Shown: one piece after another, positions 18,435 to 29,024 of the stretch
Layout: each line of letters opens with the position of its first letter
Numbering within the stretch: position 1 is the stretch's first letter
Assembly (NCBI GenBank): GCA_022865215.1
Contig: JALIDP010000002.1
Span: 1-54,783 of the forward strand
DNA from: Candidatus Nanohalarchaeota archaeon QJJ-7
GTDB lineage: Archaea > Nanohalarchaeota > Nanosalinia > Nanosalinales > Nanohalalkaliarchaeaceae
DNA length: 54,783 nt
Reading direction: 5' to 3'
Position numbers and translations under genes: made by a program
The notes under the pieces: generated by a model
Told to the model about the DNA's origin: nothing
Database searches by the model: none
What the model saw: only the letters and a program-made list of their open reading frames with translations

Positions 18435-20453
18435 ATGACTACCTTGATGGTGGCTGAGAAGCCGAAAGTAGCACAGAGACTTGCAGACGCGCTCGGAGAC
18501 TACGAAGTGGAGGAAAACAGAGGGGTGAAGAACTACCGGCTGGACACCGAACAGGGAGAGGTGGTTATCGCGCCCTCCGTGGGCCACATTTTCTCACTCG
18601 AGCAGTCGGACGGGGAATGGACGTATCCGGTTTTCGATGTAGAGTGGGTGCCTTCCTTCGAATCAGAAGACGGGAACAGCTACATGAAGAAGTATTTCAA
18701 CAACCTGAAGGACCAGGGTGAAGACGCGGACGATTACATCAATGCGTGCGACTTCGACCTGGAAGGCTCCGTTATAGGAGAACGCGCCATAACTCTCGCC
18801 TGTAACGGTTCGAGGAGCAGGACAAAGAGGATGAAGTTCTCGACACTGACAACTTCCGATCTACAGGAAGCGTTCGATGACCTGGAAGAGTTCGATACAG
18901 GGCAGACCGAAGCAGGACTGACACGGCACCTGCTAGACTGGTACTACGGTATCAATATCTCGCGGGCACTGATGCTCGCAGTGCAATCGCAGGACCGGTT
19001 CCAGAAACTTTCCACCGGGCGGGTGCAGGGCCCGACACTGAAGGTCCTGGCAGACCGTGAACGGGAGATCCAGGCGTTCGATCCCGATCCCTACTGGGAG
19101 GTCGTCCTGAGGGGAGGGGGCCTGGAGGCGAAGCACGAGGAGGACCGTTTCTGGGAGGAGGAAGAGGCTGAAGAAGTGCTCTCAACCTGCAAAGGGGAAA
19201 AAGCGGTCGTCGCCTCTCTGGACAGGAACCGTTACAAGCATAATCCTCCGGTACCTTTCAACCTGACCGGACTGCAGAAGGAGGCGCAGTCCCAGTTCGG
19301 TATCTCTCCTGCCAGGACCCAGGAGATCGCACAGTCGCTCTACGAGGACTCGCTCATCTCGTACCCGAGGACCGAGTCACAGAAGCTACCTCCCAAGATA
19401 GGTTATAAACAGATCCTGAACAAGCTGAAGAAGCAGGACGATTACGAGGATAAAGCAGGTACTGTTCTAGACAAGAACGACCTCTACACACGACAGGGAG
19501 GGGGTGAAGACCCTGCCCACCCGGCAATCCACCCGACAGGGATTGGTCCGAACAGCCTCAGCGATGACGAGGAGAACGTGTACGACCTCATCGTAAAGAG
19601 GTTCTTCGCCGTTTTCGGGGACGCCGCAGTAAGAGAAACACTGAACGTCTCTCTCGACATTAATTCGGAGATCTTCAAGGCGAAAGGGAAACGGACCATC
19701 GAGCGCAACTGGTTCTCGCTCTATGAACCTTACGTGAACGTGGAGACCATAGACCTTCCCGATCTGGATGAAGGTCAAGAGCTGTCGGTGGATGAACTGG
19801 AGAAGCTGGACAAGGAGACACAGCCACCGAACCGTTATTCACAGGCAGGGATAGTTTCGGAACTGGAGAAGCGGAACCTTGGAACGAAGGCGACGCGTTC
19901 CCAGACCGTCGACAGGTTGTACGACCGGGGCTACATAGATGGCGCACCGATAGAAGTTACTGATATAGGTCTTACAGTGGTGAAGGCACTTGAGGAATAT
20001 TCCCCCGATATCGTCTCCGAGGAGTTAACCCGTCAGTTCGAGGAGAAGATGCAAGATATCCGAGAGGAAGAGATGGAACGCGAGGAAGTGTTACAGGAGG
20101 CGAGAGATACCCTCAGTGAGATACTTGAAGGGTTCCAGGAGAAGGAAGACGAGATCGGGGAGGAGCTGGTCGACGCTATCGATGTCCAGAGGAAGAAGGA
20201 GCGAGAGCTCGGGCCGTGCGACCAGTGCGAGGACGGGACTCTCCGGATCATAAAGAAGAACGGCAAGTTCGTGGGTTGTTCCAACTATCCAGATTGTGAG
20301 AATACCTACCCGCTGACAAACGGAAAGATAGAATCTACCGGAGAAGTCTGCGACACCTGCCACACACCTATCGTGAAGGTCATAAGAAAAGGTAGAAGGC
20401 CTTTCGAGATGTGCCTCGACCCGGACTGCCCGACGAAGGACGACTGGGACTAG
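18435..20453 (+). CDS. topA: Type IA DNA topoisomerase (archaeal TopA/Topo III-like) with C-terminal zinc ribbons
   Basis: Toprim (LMVAEKPKVA; ACDFDLEG), the active-site region LISYPRTES, and C-terminal CDQCEDG...CSNYPDC and CDTCHTP...CLDPDC. Confidence 0.9.
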   Translation: MTTLMVAEKPKVAQRLADALGDYEVEENRGVKNYRLDTEQGEVVIAPSVGHIFSLEQSDGEWTYPVFDVEWVPSFESEDGNSYMKKYFNNLKDQGEDADDYINACDFDLEGSVIGERAITLACNGSRSRTKRMKFSTLTTSDLQEAFDDLEEFDTGQTEAGLTRHLLDWYYGINISRALMLAVQSQDRFQKLSTGRVQGPTLKVLADREREIQAFDPDPYWEVVLRGGGLEAKHEEDRFWEEEEAEEVLSTCKGEKAVVASLDRNRYKHNPPVPFNLTGLQKEAQSQFGISPARTQEIAQSLYEDSLISYPRTESQKLPPKIGYKQILNKLKKQDDYEDKAGTVLDKNDLYTRQGGGEDPAHPAIHPTGIGPNSLSDDEENVYDLIVKRFFAVFGDAAVRETLNVSLDINSEIFKAKGKRTIERNWFSLYEPYVNVETIDLPDLDEGQELSVDELEKLDKETQPPNRYSQAGIVSELEKRNLGTKATRSQTVDRLYDRGYIDGAPIEVTDIGLTVVKALEEYSPDIVSEELTRQFEEKMQDIREEEMEREEVLQEARDTLSEILEGFQEKEDEIGEELVDAIDVQRKKERELGPCDQCEDGTLRIIKKNGKFVGCSNYPDCENTYPLTNGKIESTGEVCDTCHTPIVKVIRKGRRPFEMCLDPDCPTKDDWD

Positions 20454-20506
20454 AATTTTCCTGTATCCCGGCACATATTTTTATCACAGGAAATCTCTTG
20501 AAACGT

Positions 20507-20758
20507 ATGGCGTGGCAGAGCAGTTCGAAACCTGACCGGAAGGATGAAGAGGACAAGAACTACCTATACCTCGTTCTATTCGGGTTTTTCGGGCTTCTGA
20601 TGGAGGCGGTGGGATTCTGGCTCCTCTTTTCCTGGTTCACAACCGCGTCAGGGAACTTCTCAGATCCATCCCTGATACTGGGAGCTATACTCTCCATCGT
20701 AGGTTTCGTGGTTCTGACACGGTGGCTGTCCTCTGTCATCAAGACGTTACTCAGATAG
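20507..20758 (+). CDS. Small two-TM membrane protein, hypothetical
   Basis: From the ATG at 20507 (MAWQSSSKPDRKDEEDKNYLYLVLFGFFGLLMEAVGFWLL...). The upstream part of the track ORF overlaps the topA 3' end. Confidence 0.45.
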   Translation: MAWQSSSKPDRKDEEDKNYLYLVLFGFFGLLMEAVGFWLLFSWFTTASGNFSDPSLILGAILSIVGFVVLTRWLSSVIKTLLR

Positions 20759-20762
20759 AGAA

Positions 20763-21479
20763 TCAGAAAACACGCATCCCGTCTCTATCCGGCTCTTCGG
20801 ACGCCAGGGACTCTTCAGTGATGTAGAATTCTGCCTCGATACCTTCTGGACGGGAACGATGCTTCTCGATCCTCGCCTTCCTCCGACTTTCACCTATCTT
20901 CTCCAGTTCCAGCAGCGTCTTCGACCAGTACGCCGGGATGTCGCGTCCCACGAGAAAGTTCTCATCGTCCTCCGAATCGAAACGGGAGTAGACCTGGTTC
21001 GTGACCAGTACCGGGATGTCCTCTCCACGGGCGATTGAGGAGAGAACGGAGAACTGCTTCGAGAGCTCGGTGTTCGTCTCCTGGGGATCGCTGCCGTTCA
21101 GGTTCAGACGATAGAGGGATACCAGGGAATCGATCACAATCATCTCTATGTCCTCCTCTTCTACCAGTTCCGGGAGTTCACTGAAAACTTGCTCCTGTTC
21201 CTCGAAACTGGTCGGATCTTGCAACAGAACTCTCTCCAGGGCCTCCTCGTCATCGTGCATCTGTAAAAACCGTTCAGAGGAGAAGCCTCCTTCAGTGTCA
21301 ACGAACACGGTCTTACCGTCACGGTTCTGGAGGGCCGAGACAACGGCCTGGATGCAGAAGTTGGTCTTGCCTGAACCAGCTCCCCCGTAGACGTTGGTTA
21401 TGATCCCGTGTTCGATGCCGCCGTCCAGCAGCTCATCAAGCGATTCACAGCCTGTAGAGAGCTTTTTTGGACGTTCCAT
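20763..21479 (-). CDS. radB: RadB (RecA-superfamily paralog)
   Basis: 238 aa. LSTGCESLDELLDGGIEHGIITNVYGGAGSGKTNFCIQ, VFVDTEGGFSSERF and IVIDSLVSLYR. It lacks the HhH N-domain. Confidence 0.85.
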   Translation of the reverse strand: MERPKKLSTGCESLDELLDGGIEHGIITNVYGGAGSGKTNFCIQAVVSALQNRDGKTVFVDTEGGFSSERFLQMHDDEEALERVLLQDPTSFEEQEQVFSELPELVEEEDIEMIVIDSLVSLYRLNLNGSDPQETNTELSKQFSVLSSIARGEDIPVLVTNQVYSRFDSEDDENFLVGRDIPAYWSKTLLELEKIGESRRKARIEKHRSRPEGIEAEFYITEESLASEEPDRDGMRVF

Positions 21480-21560
21480 GGATAATTAATTCTACTGCAA
21501 TGCTTATATGGGTGGAGTTTCGTGTACATACATAAAAATATTGGGTTCGCTCGTAAGGGT

Positions 21561-21878
21561 ATGCCTGTGGAGGCCGCGGTTGTAACTTACAAGGCGCGGC
21601 TCGAGAGGTTCGAATCCCGGTCGGAACGGAACAAGTTCTACCGGGGTCTACACGGTTACAGGCGGAAGGTCCGGCGCAATGACAAGGTTTACGAGTACGA
21701 GAAGCCCGGCCTGCTCGGGGAGACCGAGCATATCAAGGTGGCAGACTCTGCGTTCATCATAGAACGGGAGCACCTTGAAAAGTTTCGGAACTACTTCGAT
21801 GAGTGGAGCGGAAAGGTCGAGAGCCGGATATACCTGATAACGCTCGACGACAATGAGATGATAGAAGATGGTTGCTAA
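21561..21878 (+). CDS. Small basic hypothetical protein (alpha/beta, ferredoxin-like pattern)
   Basis: The ATG at 21561 lies downstream of the TATA-like TGCTTATATGG (21501-21511). The 3' end overlaps the cdc48 start by 11 nt. No family was recognised. Confidence 0.5.
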   Translation: MPVEAAVVTYKARLERFESRSERNKFYRGLHGYRRKVRRNDKVYEYEKPGLLGETEHIKVADSAFIIEREHLEKFRNYFDEWSGKVESRIYLITLDDNEMIEDGC

Positions 21879-24153
21879 CAACGAACAAGGAGAAGGCAAC
21901 GGAAGCGTGAAGCTGAAGGTCGGAGAGATACCACCGAACGCGCAGGAGGATATCGGCTCCGGTATCGTGAGGATCGACTCCAACGTGATGGAGGAACTCG
22001 AGATCCGGGAGGGAGATGCTGTAAGGATAGAAGGAGACCGGGAGACCGTTGCCCGCGCCGCCAGGAGTTACCCTGCGGATGTAGGTCTCGGGATCGTGCG
22101 AATGGACGGATACCTCCGGAAGAACGCGGGAACCTCTCTGCGGGAGACAGTGGAGGTCGAGAAGGCAGATCTGGAGGAGGCTGAGAAAGTTGTTCTGGCG
22201 CCTGCAGAGGAGGGAGTCACTATACAGGTATCTTCCCCATCCATATTCAAGAGGACACTGACCGACAGGGCGGTGACGAGCGGAGATCTACTCGTGCCCT
22301 CTTCCGGGAGGGAGCGGAGGAGGAGCTTCTTCGAGGACGTGTTCGATATCGATGACTTCTTCGACTTCACGTTCGGCGAGACGAAGCTGATGGTGGTCTC
22401 CACAAACCCTGAGGGACCGGTGACCATAACCGAGGACACAGAGATAGAGGTCAAGCCTCAGGCGGTAGAGACTGCTGAGCAGATGGGTCCGAGAGTTCCT
22501 GAAGTGACCTATGAGGACATCGGAGGACTGGAGGACGAGATCCAGAAGGTCCGGGAGATGATCGAACTCCCCCTTAAACACCCTGAGGTGTTCCAGCAGC
22601 TGGGTATCGAGGCTCCTTCAGGAGTTCTTCTCCAGGGACCTCCAGGCACAGGTAAAACACTGCTCGCCAAGGCGGTCGCGAACGAGGCCGATGCGTGGTT
22701 CACGAGTATAAACGGCCCTGAGGTTATGTCAAAGTTCTACGGGGAGTCCGAGAAACAGCTGAGAGAGATATTCGAGGAGGCGCAGGAGAACTCCCCCGGC
22801 ATAATATTCATAGACGAACTGGACGCTCTGGCTCCTAAGAGGGGTGAAGCCAGGGGAGAAGTGGAGCAGCGGGTAGTGGCACAGCTGCTTTCCCTCATGG
22901 ACGGTCTTGAGGCACGCGAGGATGTAATAGTCATAGCTGCTACCAACAGGCCGGAAGACATAGACGAAGCACTGAGACGGCCTGGAAGACTGGACAGGGA
23001 GATAGAGATAGGTGTGCCGGACCGGAACGGCAGGAAGGAGATCCTACAGATCCATACGCGGAACATGCCTATGGAGGAGAAAGTGGACCTAGATGAACTG
23101 GCCGACCAGACTCATGGGTACGTAGGAGCGGATATAGAGGCACTAGCTAAGGAGGCTGCTATGTCCACGCTGAGACGAGTCCTTCCTGAGATAGAGCTGG
23201 ATGAGAGCGAGATAGATGAGGATGTTCTCGACAAGCTCGTGGTCGGATCTGAGGACTTCACCACAGCGATGAGGCTCGTGGAACCCTCGGCCATGAGAGA
23301 GGTTATGGTGGAGATCCCACAGGTTACCTGGAAGGACGTGGGCGGTCTTGAAGAGGTCGAGGAAAGGCTCCAGGAGATGATAGAATGGCCTCTCGACAAA
23401 CCTGAGAAGTTCGACGACATGGGTATAGAAGTCCCTACAGGTCTCCTGCTCTACGGTCTACCAGGTACAGGGAAGACCCTGCTCGCGAAAGCAGTAGCGA
23501 ACGAGTCAGACGCCAATTTCATATCCATAAAAGGTCCTGAACTGTTCTCGAAGTGGGTCGGGGAATCGGAGAAAGCTGTCCGGGAGGTGTTCTCCAAGGC
23601 CAGACAGGTCGCGCCTACAGTCGTATTCATAGACGAGATAGACGCTATAGCACAGAGGAGAGGCATCAATACAGGCTCAGGAGTAGACGACCGCGTCCTG
23701 AACCAGCTCCTGTCCGAGATAGACGGTGTGGAAGATATGAGCGGGGTGGTGGTCATCGGTGCGACCAACCGGCCCGATATCCTCGACCCAGCTATCCTCC
23801 GCCCAGGAAGGCTTGACAGGCACCTCCACATACCTCACCCTGACAGAGAGACACGGAAGGAGATATTCGAGGTCCATACACGCGAAATGCCTCTAGAAGA
23901 CATCGACCTTGACGAACTGGTCGACCAGACCGAAGGATATGTCGGGGCTGATATAGAGAACGTCTGCAGGGAGGCAGGGATGAACGCTATAAGAGAAGGA
24001 AAGGAATCTGTCGATATGGAAGATTTCGAAGAGGCACTGGGAGACGCCACACCTACTGCAACAGAGGACGACATCGACGAGTTCGAGGACAAGGTGGAGG
24101 TCATGGAGGCAGAAGACACTGCTCAGGAGACGACAGCCGATTACTTCGGATAA
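21868..24153 (+). CDS. cdc48: CDC48/VCP-type AAA+ ATPase (two AAA domains)
   Basis: N-domain ([23 protein letters not shown]), Walker A twice ([17 protein letters not shown]; [17 protein letters not shown]), and second-region-of-homology arginines. 761 aa. Confidence 0.95.
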   Translation: MVANNEQGEGNGSVKLKVGEIPPNAQEDIGSGIVRIDSNVMEELEIREGDAVRIEGDRETVARAARSYPADVGLGIVRMDGYLRKNAGTSLRETVEVEKADLEEAEKVVLAPAEEGVTIQVSSPSIFKRTLTDRAVTSGDLLVPSSGRERRRSFFEDVFDIDDFFDFTFGETKLMVVSTNPEGPVTITEDTEIEVKPQAVETAEQMGPRVPEVTYEDIGGLEDEIQKVREMIELPLKHPEVFQQLGIEAPSGVLLQGPPGTGKTLLAKAVANEADAWFTSINGPEVMSKFYGESEKQLREIFEEAQENSPGIIFIDELDALAPKRGEARGEVEQRVVAQLLSLMDGLEAREDVIVIAATNRPEDIDEALRRPGRLDREIEIGVPDRNGRKEILQIHTRNMPMEEKVDLDELADQTHGYVGADIEALAKEAAMSTLRRVLPEIELDESEIDEDVLDKLVVGSEDFTTAMRLVEPSAMREVMVEIPQVTWKDVGGLEEVEERLQEMIEWPLDKPEKFDDMGIEVPTGLLLYGLPGTGKTLLAKAVANESDANFISIKGPELFSKWVGESEKAVREVFSKARQVAPTVVFIDEIDAIAQRRGINTGSGVDDRVLNQLLSEIDGVEDMSGVVVIGATNRPDILDPAILRPGRLDRHLHIPHPDRETRKEIFEVHTREMPLEDIDLDELVDQTEGYVGADIENVCREAGMNAIREGKESVDMEDFEEALGDATPTATEDDIDEFEDKVEVMEAEDTAQETTADYFG

Positions 24154-25038
24154 TCACCTGGTCGTTACTGTAGGATCTTCTCCGACTATAACAGTATGCT
24201 CTTTCTGCGATACCAGCCCTTCGCCTGCCTCTCGCAGGATATCGTAGGAATGAAGGTTTCCTGACCTGACAAGGTTGCTCATCGCAGTCTTCAGACGGGC
24301 TGCGGGAACGCTCTCTATCCAGCGTGAGGTGAAAGGAAGGCCTCTGAACCGGTTCTTCACCTCTCCAAGTATCTTCCGGCCGGTCCTGCCTCTCGCGTTC
24401 TCGTTATCCAGGCGATAGATGTTTCCTGGACCTCCGTCCTTCACCTTTCCCTTCCCATCAGTAGCGAAGGGCTCTATAGCGACCGCTTCCCCTTCCTCCA
24501 GGGTCTTCCCGGAGCCGGTATCTATGTTAGGGATCGTCTTACCGGTGTGCTGCTCGTAGTGGCCGAGACCGTGGCCGCTGAGGTTCCTGACCGGACTGAA
24601 ACCGTACGAATCGATAGCCTCCTGTATCGCTGCACCTATATCACCCAGCGACACTCCAGGTTCTATAATATCCAGGGCAGCATCCAGAGCATCTTCAGAA
24701 GCTTCCACCAGCTCCTGGTTCTCTCCTGAAGGGTCGACGGTCACTGCTGTATCGCCTATATACCCGTCCACGTGCGCTCCTACATCTATGTTCAGGAGGT
24801 CTTCTTCCTCGATCACCGTATCGTCAGATCTTGAAGGAGTGTAGTGCGCAGCATGATCGTTCAGTGAAAGGTTGACAGGGAAAGCCGGTTCTGCTCCCTC
24901 TTCTCTTATGAACTCCTCTGCCTTTTCCGCTATATTCACAAGCTCGGTTCCAGGGGACGCGATCTCGACAGCTAGCTCTCGGGCCTCTCTTGCTATCCTC
25001 CCTGCTTCCACGTACTTGTCTCGAGTATCATCATCCAT
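24154..25038 (-). CDS. map: Methionine aminopeptidase, type 2 (archaeal)
   Basis: YVEAGRIAREA..., AFPVNLSLNDHAAHYTP, DVGAHVDGYIGD, GHGLGHY, and the inserted helical subdomain. Confidence 0.9.
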   Translation of the reverse strand: MDDDTRDKYVEAGRIAREARELAVEIASPGTELVNIAEKAEEFIREEGAEPAFPVNLSLNDHAAHYTPSRSDDTVIEEEDLLNIDVGAHVDGYIGDTAVTVDPSGENQELVEASEDALDAALDIIEPGVSLGDIGAAIQEAIDSYGFSPVRNLSGHGLGHYEQHTGKTIPNIDTGSGKTLEEGEAVAIEPFATDGKGKVKDGGPGNIYRLDNENARGRTGRKILGEVKNRFRGLPFTSRWIESVPAARLKTAMSNLVRSGNLHSYDILREAGEGLVSQKEHTVIVGEDPTVTTR

Positions 25039-25039
25039 C

Positions 25040-26494
25040 TCAGTACACCGCCTCTATTATCCTTTCCTCCAGATCTTCAAATCCCTTGAGGTAAGATCTC
25101 CTCTCTTCCCTCAGCTCCTCAACCTTTTCTTTATACCCCCCGACGTTCTCTTCTGGCCGGAACCTTGAGATATCAACCCCCGGCACTTCTTTGGGGAACT
25201 CCAGCCCCTCCTCTAACTCTTCCCAATCTATCTCCTCGGAGACGATCGCTCTCAGTATCTTTACTGTCTCCTCCACACCTATCTCCTCACCCCCGACATC
25301 GCCAGTGTTCAGGAGGTAACATGTCGCATCGACTGACTCCACCAGTTCCAGGAACCGGTTTCCTTCCTCCCCTCGAGAACCTATGATGAACGGGTTGGTA
25401 CCCACGACACGGACCGCCTCTCCAGCCTCTTCCTCAGAGGCAGCACTCGTCTTCACCGATTCACCGAGCATAAAGGCTGCAGCCCCCTGTTCCGAACTAA
25501 GTCGGGCTACAGGAGGTAAGAGAGAGTTCCGGGTTATGAAAAATATCTGGTCCACCCTTTCCAGGGTTATCTCTTCGGATGCACTGTGGAGATCGCTCCT
25601 CTGTACCACTGATCTGCCGTTCCTCGTCAGGCCATCATCAAAGAAGTCCACTGTTCCGTCTTCCTCCACTCGAACATTCTCCAGCACCGACTTCGGCTGG
25701 GTCGCGGCATGGTAAAGCTCTGGCTGTTCTTCCTCTTCCAGTCCGTACGTCTTTATGAACAGTCCTTTCCCTTCACTGCCGATCGCAGAACCCTCAGGAT
25801 GGAGTGAGAGGACGTCGTCCTGGACCATCTCAGCCTCCTCTTGGCCTTCAAGCCACATACCGTGAGAGGTCAACGTGGTCTTCCCGGTGCCGCTGAGCCC
25901 GAGGAAGAGTTGTCCTACCGTATCCATGCCTTCTCCAGTTTCCACCGTAACACGTTTACTTCCTGCGTGCAGTCCGATACCTCCTCTCTCCTTCTCTCTA
26001 TACATGAAAAGCCGGAGGAAAGATTTCTTTGCCTCTCCCGAGTAGTCTGAGCCGAGAACGTAAGTGACACCGTCTCCAGGGAAGACCCGGACCATATCCC
26101 GCCTCCAGTCCGGGAGCTGAACGGTAACGAAGTCCGGTTCTCCTGAAGCTGGTTCCAGGAGCTGGGACCACGCCAGAGCTATCCTCGCCTGTTCTTTCGG
26201 GACGTAGTATCGACAGGTGTAGCTGTGGTCGCCGTCACCGACCTCCCGGTCCAGACAGACCATCTCACGGTCCTCCAGTGATTCCCGGACCTCTCGTAAC
26301 TCTTCCAGGTCATCGAACGAATGATCAACGTTGTTCTTCGTCTTGTCTGCTATCCGGGAACGTACATCTGTAACGTAAGAGGGGCTGCCGTACTCGGTAG
26401 TAGTCTCCAGATGTCGGGAGAGGGATCTCATCCTCTCGAATGAGGGGTTGTAGATAATTTTCTCCTCTTCAGGACTGGGAAAATCGTGGTCCAT
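25040..26494 (-). CDS. pckA: Phosphoenolpyruvate carboxykinase (ATP-type)
   Basis: FLGLSGTGKTTLTS kinase-1a motif and NVRVEEDGTVDF...TRNGR. 484 aa. Confidence 0.8.
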   Translation of the reverse strand: MDHDFPSPEEEKIIYNPSFERMRSLSRHLETTTEYGSPSYVTDVRSRIADKTKNNVDHSFDDLEELREVRESLEDREMVCLDREVGDGDHSYTCRYYVPKEQARIALAWSQLLEPASGEPDFVTVQLPDWRRDMVRVFPGDGVTYVLGSDYSGEAKKSFLRLFMYREKERGGIGLHAGSKRVTVETGEGMDTVGQLFLGLSGTGKTTLTSHGMWLEGQEEAEMVQDDVLSLHPEGSAIGSEGKGLFIKTYGLEEEEQPELYHAATQPKSVLENVRVEEDGTVDFFDDGLTRNGRSVVQRSDLHSASEEITLERVDQIFFITRNSLLPPVARLSSEQGAAAFMLGESVKTSAASEEEAGEAVRVVGTNPFIIGSRGEEGNRFLELVESVDATCYLLNTGDVGGEEIGVEETVKILRAIVSEEIDWEELEEGLEFPKEVPGVDISRFRPEENVGGYKEKVEELREERRSYLKGFEDLEERIIEAVY

Positions 26495-26535
26495 GGTAGA
26501 ACCCTGGACTGCAGGAATAAAGATATAACCCTCTC

Positions 26536-28947
26536 TCAGGAGAAATCTCCGATACCCGTCTGTTTGCCCTTACCGAGAAGCTGGTCTTCAGTGTAACCCA
26601 GCACCTTCAAGACCCTTATCGCCACGGGCACCACCTGGTTCTGTACGTAGTAGTCTGGGTCGTAGTCTTCCGCATAAGTAAGGACTTCTGAACGGTCCGA
26701 TATAGGGCCGTCCCCTCGAGTGACCACGTACGCTATCGTGTCTCCAGGGTCTATATCCTTCCCCCGTTTGATAGCGCGCTTCGCGGCCTCGCTATGTGGA
26801 GTCTTGGACTCGTAGTTCTCGGGCTTCTTCTTCATCTGGGTGTATATCTTAAGCTTCTCCAGCGGCACCTCGCCAGATCTCAGCTCGTCCACAGTTTCCT
26901 TGACTATTTCGACCGCTTCTTCCACTTCCCCCTCGAGAACCCTCCTTATAACCTCCTCCTGGGCGTCCTTGGCTACACGGGACCAGTCCCGCCTCACCTG
27001 TTCAAACCCGGTTATCTTCACGTTCCCGTCCCGATCTATCAGAGCGTACTTCTTCTTCGCACCCCCTCCACTTTCGGTGTAAGTGAAAAGACCTCTAGGG
27101 TAGAAACCCTCGAACTCCAGCTCCATGAACTCTGGTAGGGAAGAGTTCACCTCGTCCTGGAACTCATCTATCCTTCCCTCCACCTCTCCACCCTTCACCA
27201 TCACAGAGTCGGTATCGCCGTAGACCACCTCGAAGCCCATCTCCTCCGCCTTCTCTATCGTCTCCTGGATGTACTGTCTCCCGAGAGCAGTGGTGGCCTC
27301 TGCGGACTCGCGGGAGTACCACCTCGCCCCGTTGTAACCCATGTATCCGTAGAAAGCGTTGCTCAGGATCTTCAGCGCCTGCTGCCGGTTATCTATGTCA
27401 CGATATTCCTGCGAACCTTCATCGACCTCGTTCATCTCTCCTTTCAGCTCGTACCTCTCTTCCACCAGGCTCTCCAGGATAGAAGGTATGAAACCGGGCT
27501 CGTCCTGGCAGAAACTGTACGACCTATCAGCCTCCTCGATCTCAACGTTCAACTCATCTTCACAGCCCTCGACCTCAAGAGTATCGGGGGAGAGGTTGTG
27601 CGACACCATTATCGTCGGATACAGGCTCCTGAAGTCGAAAAGAGCGATATCCTCATGCAGCCCTTCTTCCGGCTCGTAAACGAACCCTCCCGCGTACCTC
27701 CCTTCTTTGTAACGTTCACTCCTCTCGGACTGGGAAGGCCGGTTCGGGGACAATATGTTTCTCTCGTAAGACTTCCGAAGCAGGAAGTTCTCCACTAACT
27801 GGCCGTAGGTATGGCGGCAGACGTCGAAAGGAGGTAGGCCTGTAAGGCGGGAAAGCGAGAGCATCTGGGGCACGAGCGTCTCCCCAAGGAGGTAAGCCAG
27901 TTCAGAGTCTCTCAGGGCGTACTTCGCGAACCGGTCCAGTTCTTCTTTCTCTTCCCAGAGACGTCTCATCTCCTCCCAGGGAAGTTCGTCCTTGTTCTCC
28001 CCGATAAGCTCCTCTGCCACCGCATCCAGTGTAAGAACGTCGGACTGAAGCCCCATTGACACGACATTCTCCACGAACGCGTACAGGTCCAAATGCACCC
28101 GGCCTTCAAGATTCGCCCCGGAGAACCGCCCTCTCCTCTTGAATTTCATCTCCTCCCCGGTCCGACTCATATCAAGCTCCAGACCGTATTTCTCCGTTCT
28201 ATCCCGGAGAACATCGAAATCGAACTCGTCCGTATTGTAGCCCAGGAATATATCCGGGTCCCTTTCTTCTACTATCTCGAGTATCCGTTCCAGGAGATTC
28301 TCTTCACTCCCTACCGTCTCAACGTAGTCTGCATCAAAATCCCCTGACCCTTTTACAAGCACTTTCTGGAAATCTTCCGAATAGAAACTGCACATTATTA
28401 CCTCTTCTTCGTACACCTCAAGGTCGAACGCGAGGCTGGACAGGCCAGGTCCTGATCCCTCTGCCTCCGAGAGAGGTTCCTCTAACTCTATAATCTCTGG
28501 TTCTTCATCCCTATTGAGCTCGCCTTCCATAAGGTAGTTCTTTCCCGGCTTAACCCCTCTATCGATAAGGTAGCGCTTGTAGAACGGTATATCGAACTCG
28601 CGAGTCTCCCGGACCGGTCCGAGTTCTTCCACCTTCTCTCTCACTTTCGGAACGTCCGGCGGCTCTTCGAGAACAAGTTTCAGTACTTCCTGCTCTTCCC
28701 GTCCTAGAGTCTTTCCCACCTCCTCAAAATCTACTTCAATCGTCTCGCCTTCTACCCTGACACCATCTCCTATCTCTTCCTTTATCGCAGCCATATCGGG
28801 GCCCAAAACGTAGGAATAGGGTTCGAAGCTCCTATCCCTGGCTATAATCGGCTCTCCCTCCGAATCTTTGCCGAAGATCCTTACAACAGCCTCTCCGCCC
28901 TCTAGCACGTAATCCGCTTCCAGTACAGTCGCCTCGACCTTATCCAT
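26536..28947 (-). CDS. polB: Family B DNA polymerase
   Basis: Exo I LAFDLEV, Pol motif A DFRSLYPTI, KILSNAFYGY and motif C YGDTDS. 803 aa with no intein. Confidence 0.95.
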   Translation of the reverse strand: MDKVEATVLEADYVLEGGEAVVRIFGKDSEGEPIIARDRSFEPYSYVLGPDMAAIKEEIGDGVRVEGETIEVDFEEVGKTLGREEQEVLKLVLEEPPDVPKVREKVEELGPVRETREFDIPFYKRYLIDRGVKPGKNYLMEGELNRDEEPEIIELEEPLSEAEGSGPGLSSLAFDLEVYEEEVIMCSFYSEDFQKVLVKGSGDFDADYVETVGSEENLLERILEIVEERDPDIFLGYNTDEFDFDVLRDRTEKYGLELDMSRTGEEMKFKRRGRFSGANLEGRVHLDLYAFVENVVSMGLQSDVLTLDAVAEELIGENKDELPWEEMRRLWEEKEELDRFAKYALRDSELAYLLGETLVPQMLSLSRLTGLPPFDVCRHTYGQLVENFLLRKSYERNILSPNRPSQSERSERYKEGRYAGGFVYEPEEGLHEDIALFDFRSLYPTIMVSHNLSPDTLEVEGCEDELNVEIEEADRSYSFCQDEPGFIPSILESLVEERYELKGEMNEVDEGSQEYRDIDNRQQALKILSNAFYGYMGYNGARWYSRESAEATTALGRQYIQETIEKAEEMGFEVVYGDTDSVMVKGGEVEGRIDEFQDEVNSSLPEFMELEFEGFYPRGLFTYTESGGGAKKKYALIDRDGNVKITGFEQVRRDWSRVAKDAQEEVIRRVLEGEVEEAVEIVKETVDELRSGEVPLEKLKIYTQMKKKPENYESKTPHSEAAKRAIKRGKDIDPGDTIAYVVTRGDGPISDRSEVLTYAEDYDPDYYVQNQVVPVAIRVLKVLGYTEDQLLGKGKQTGIGDFS

Positions 28948-29024
28948 GCCCTAGATTTTCGTCCAGAGATTTTTAACATGGTCCGCGGGATAGATTTTTA
29001 TTCCAGAGCCGCGCAAACCTTTCT

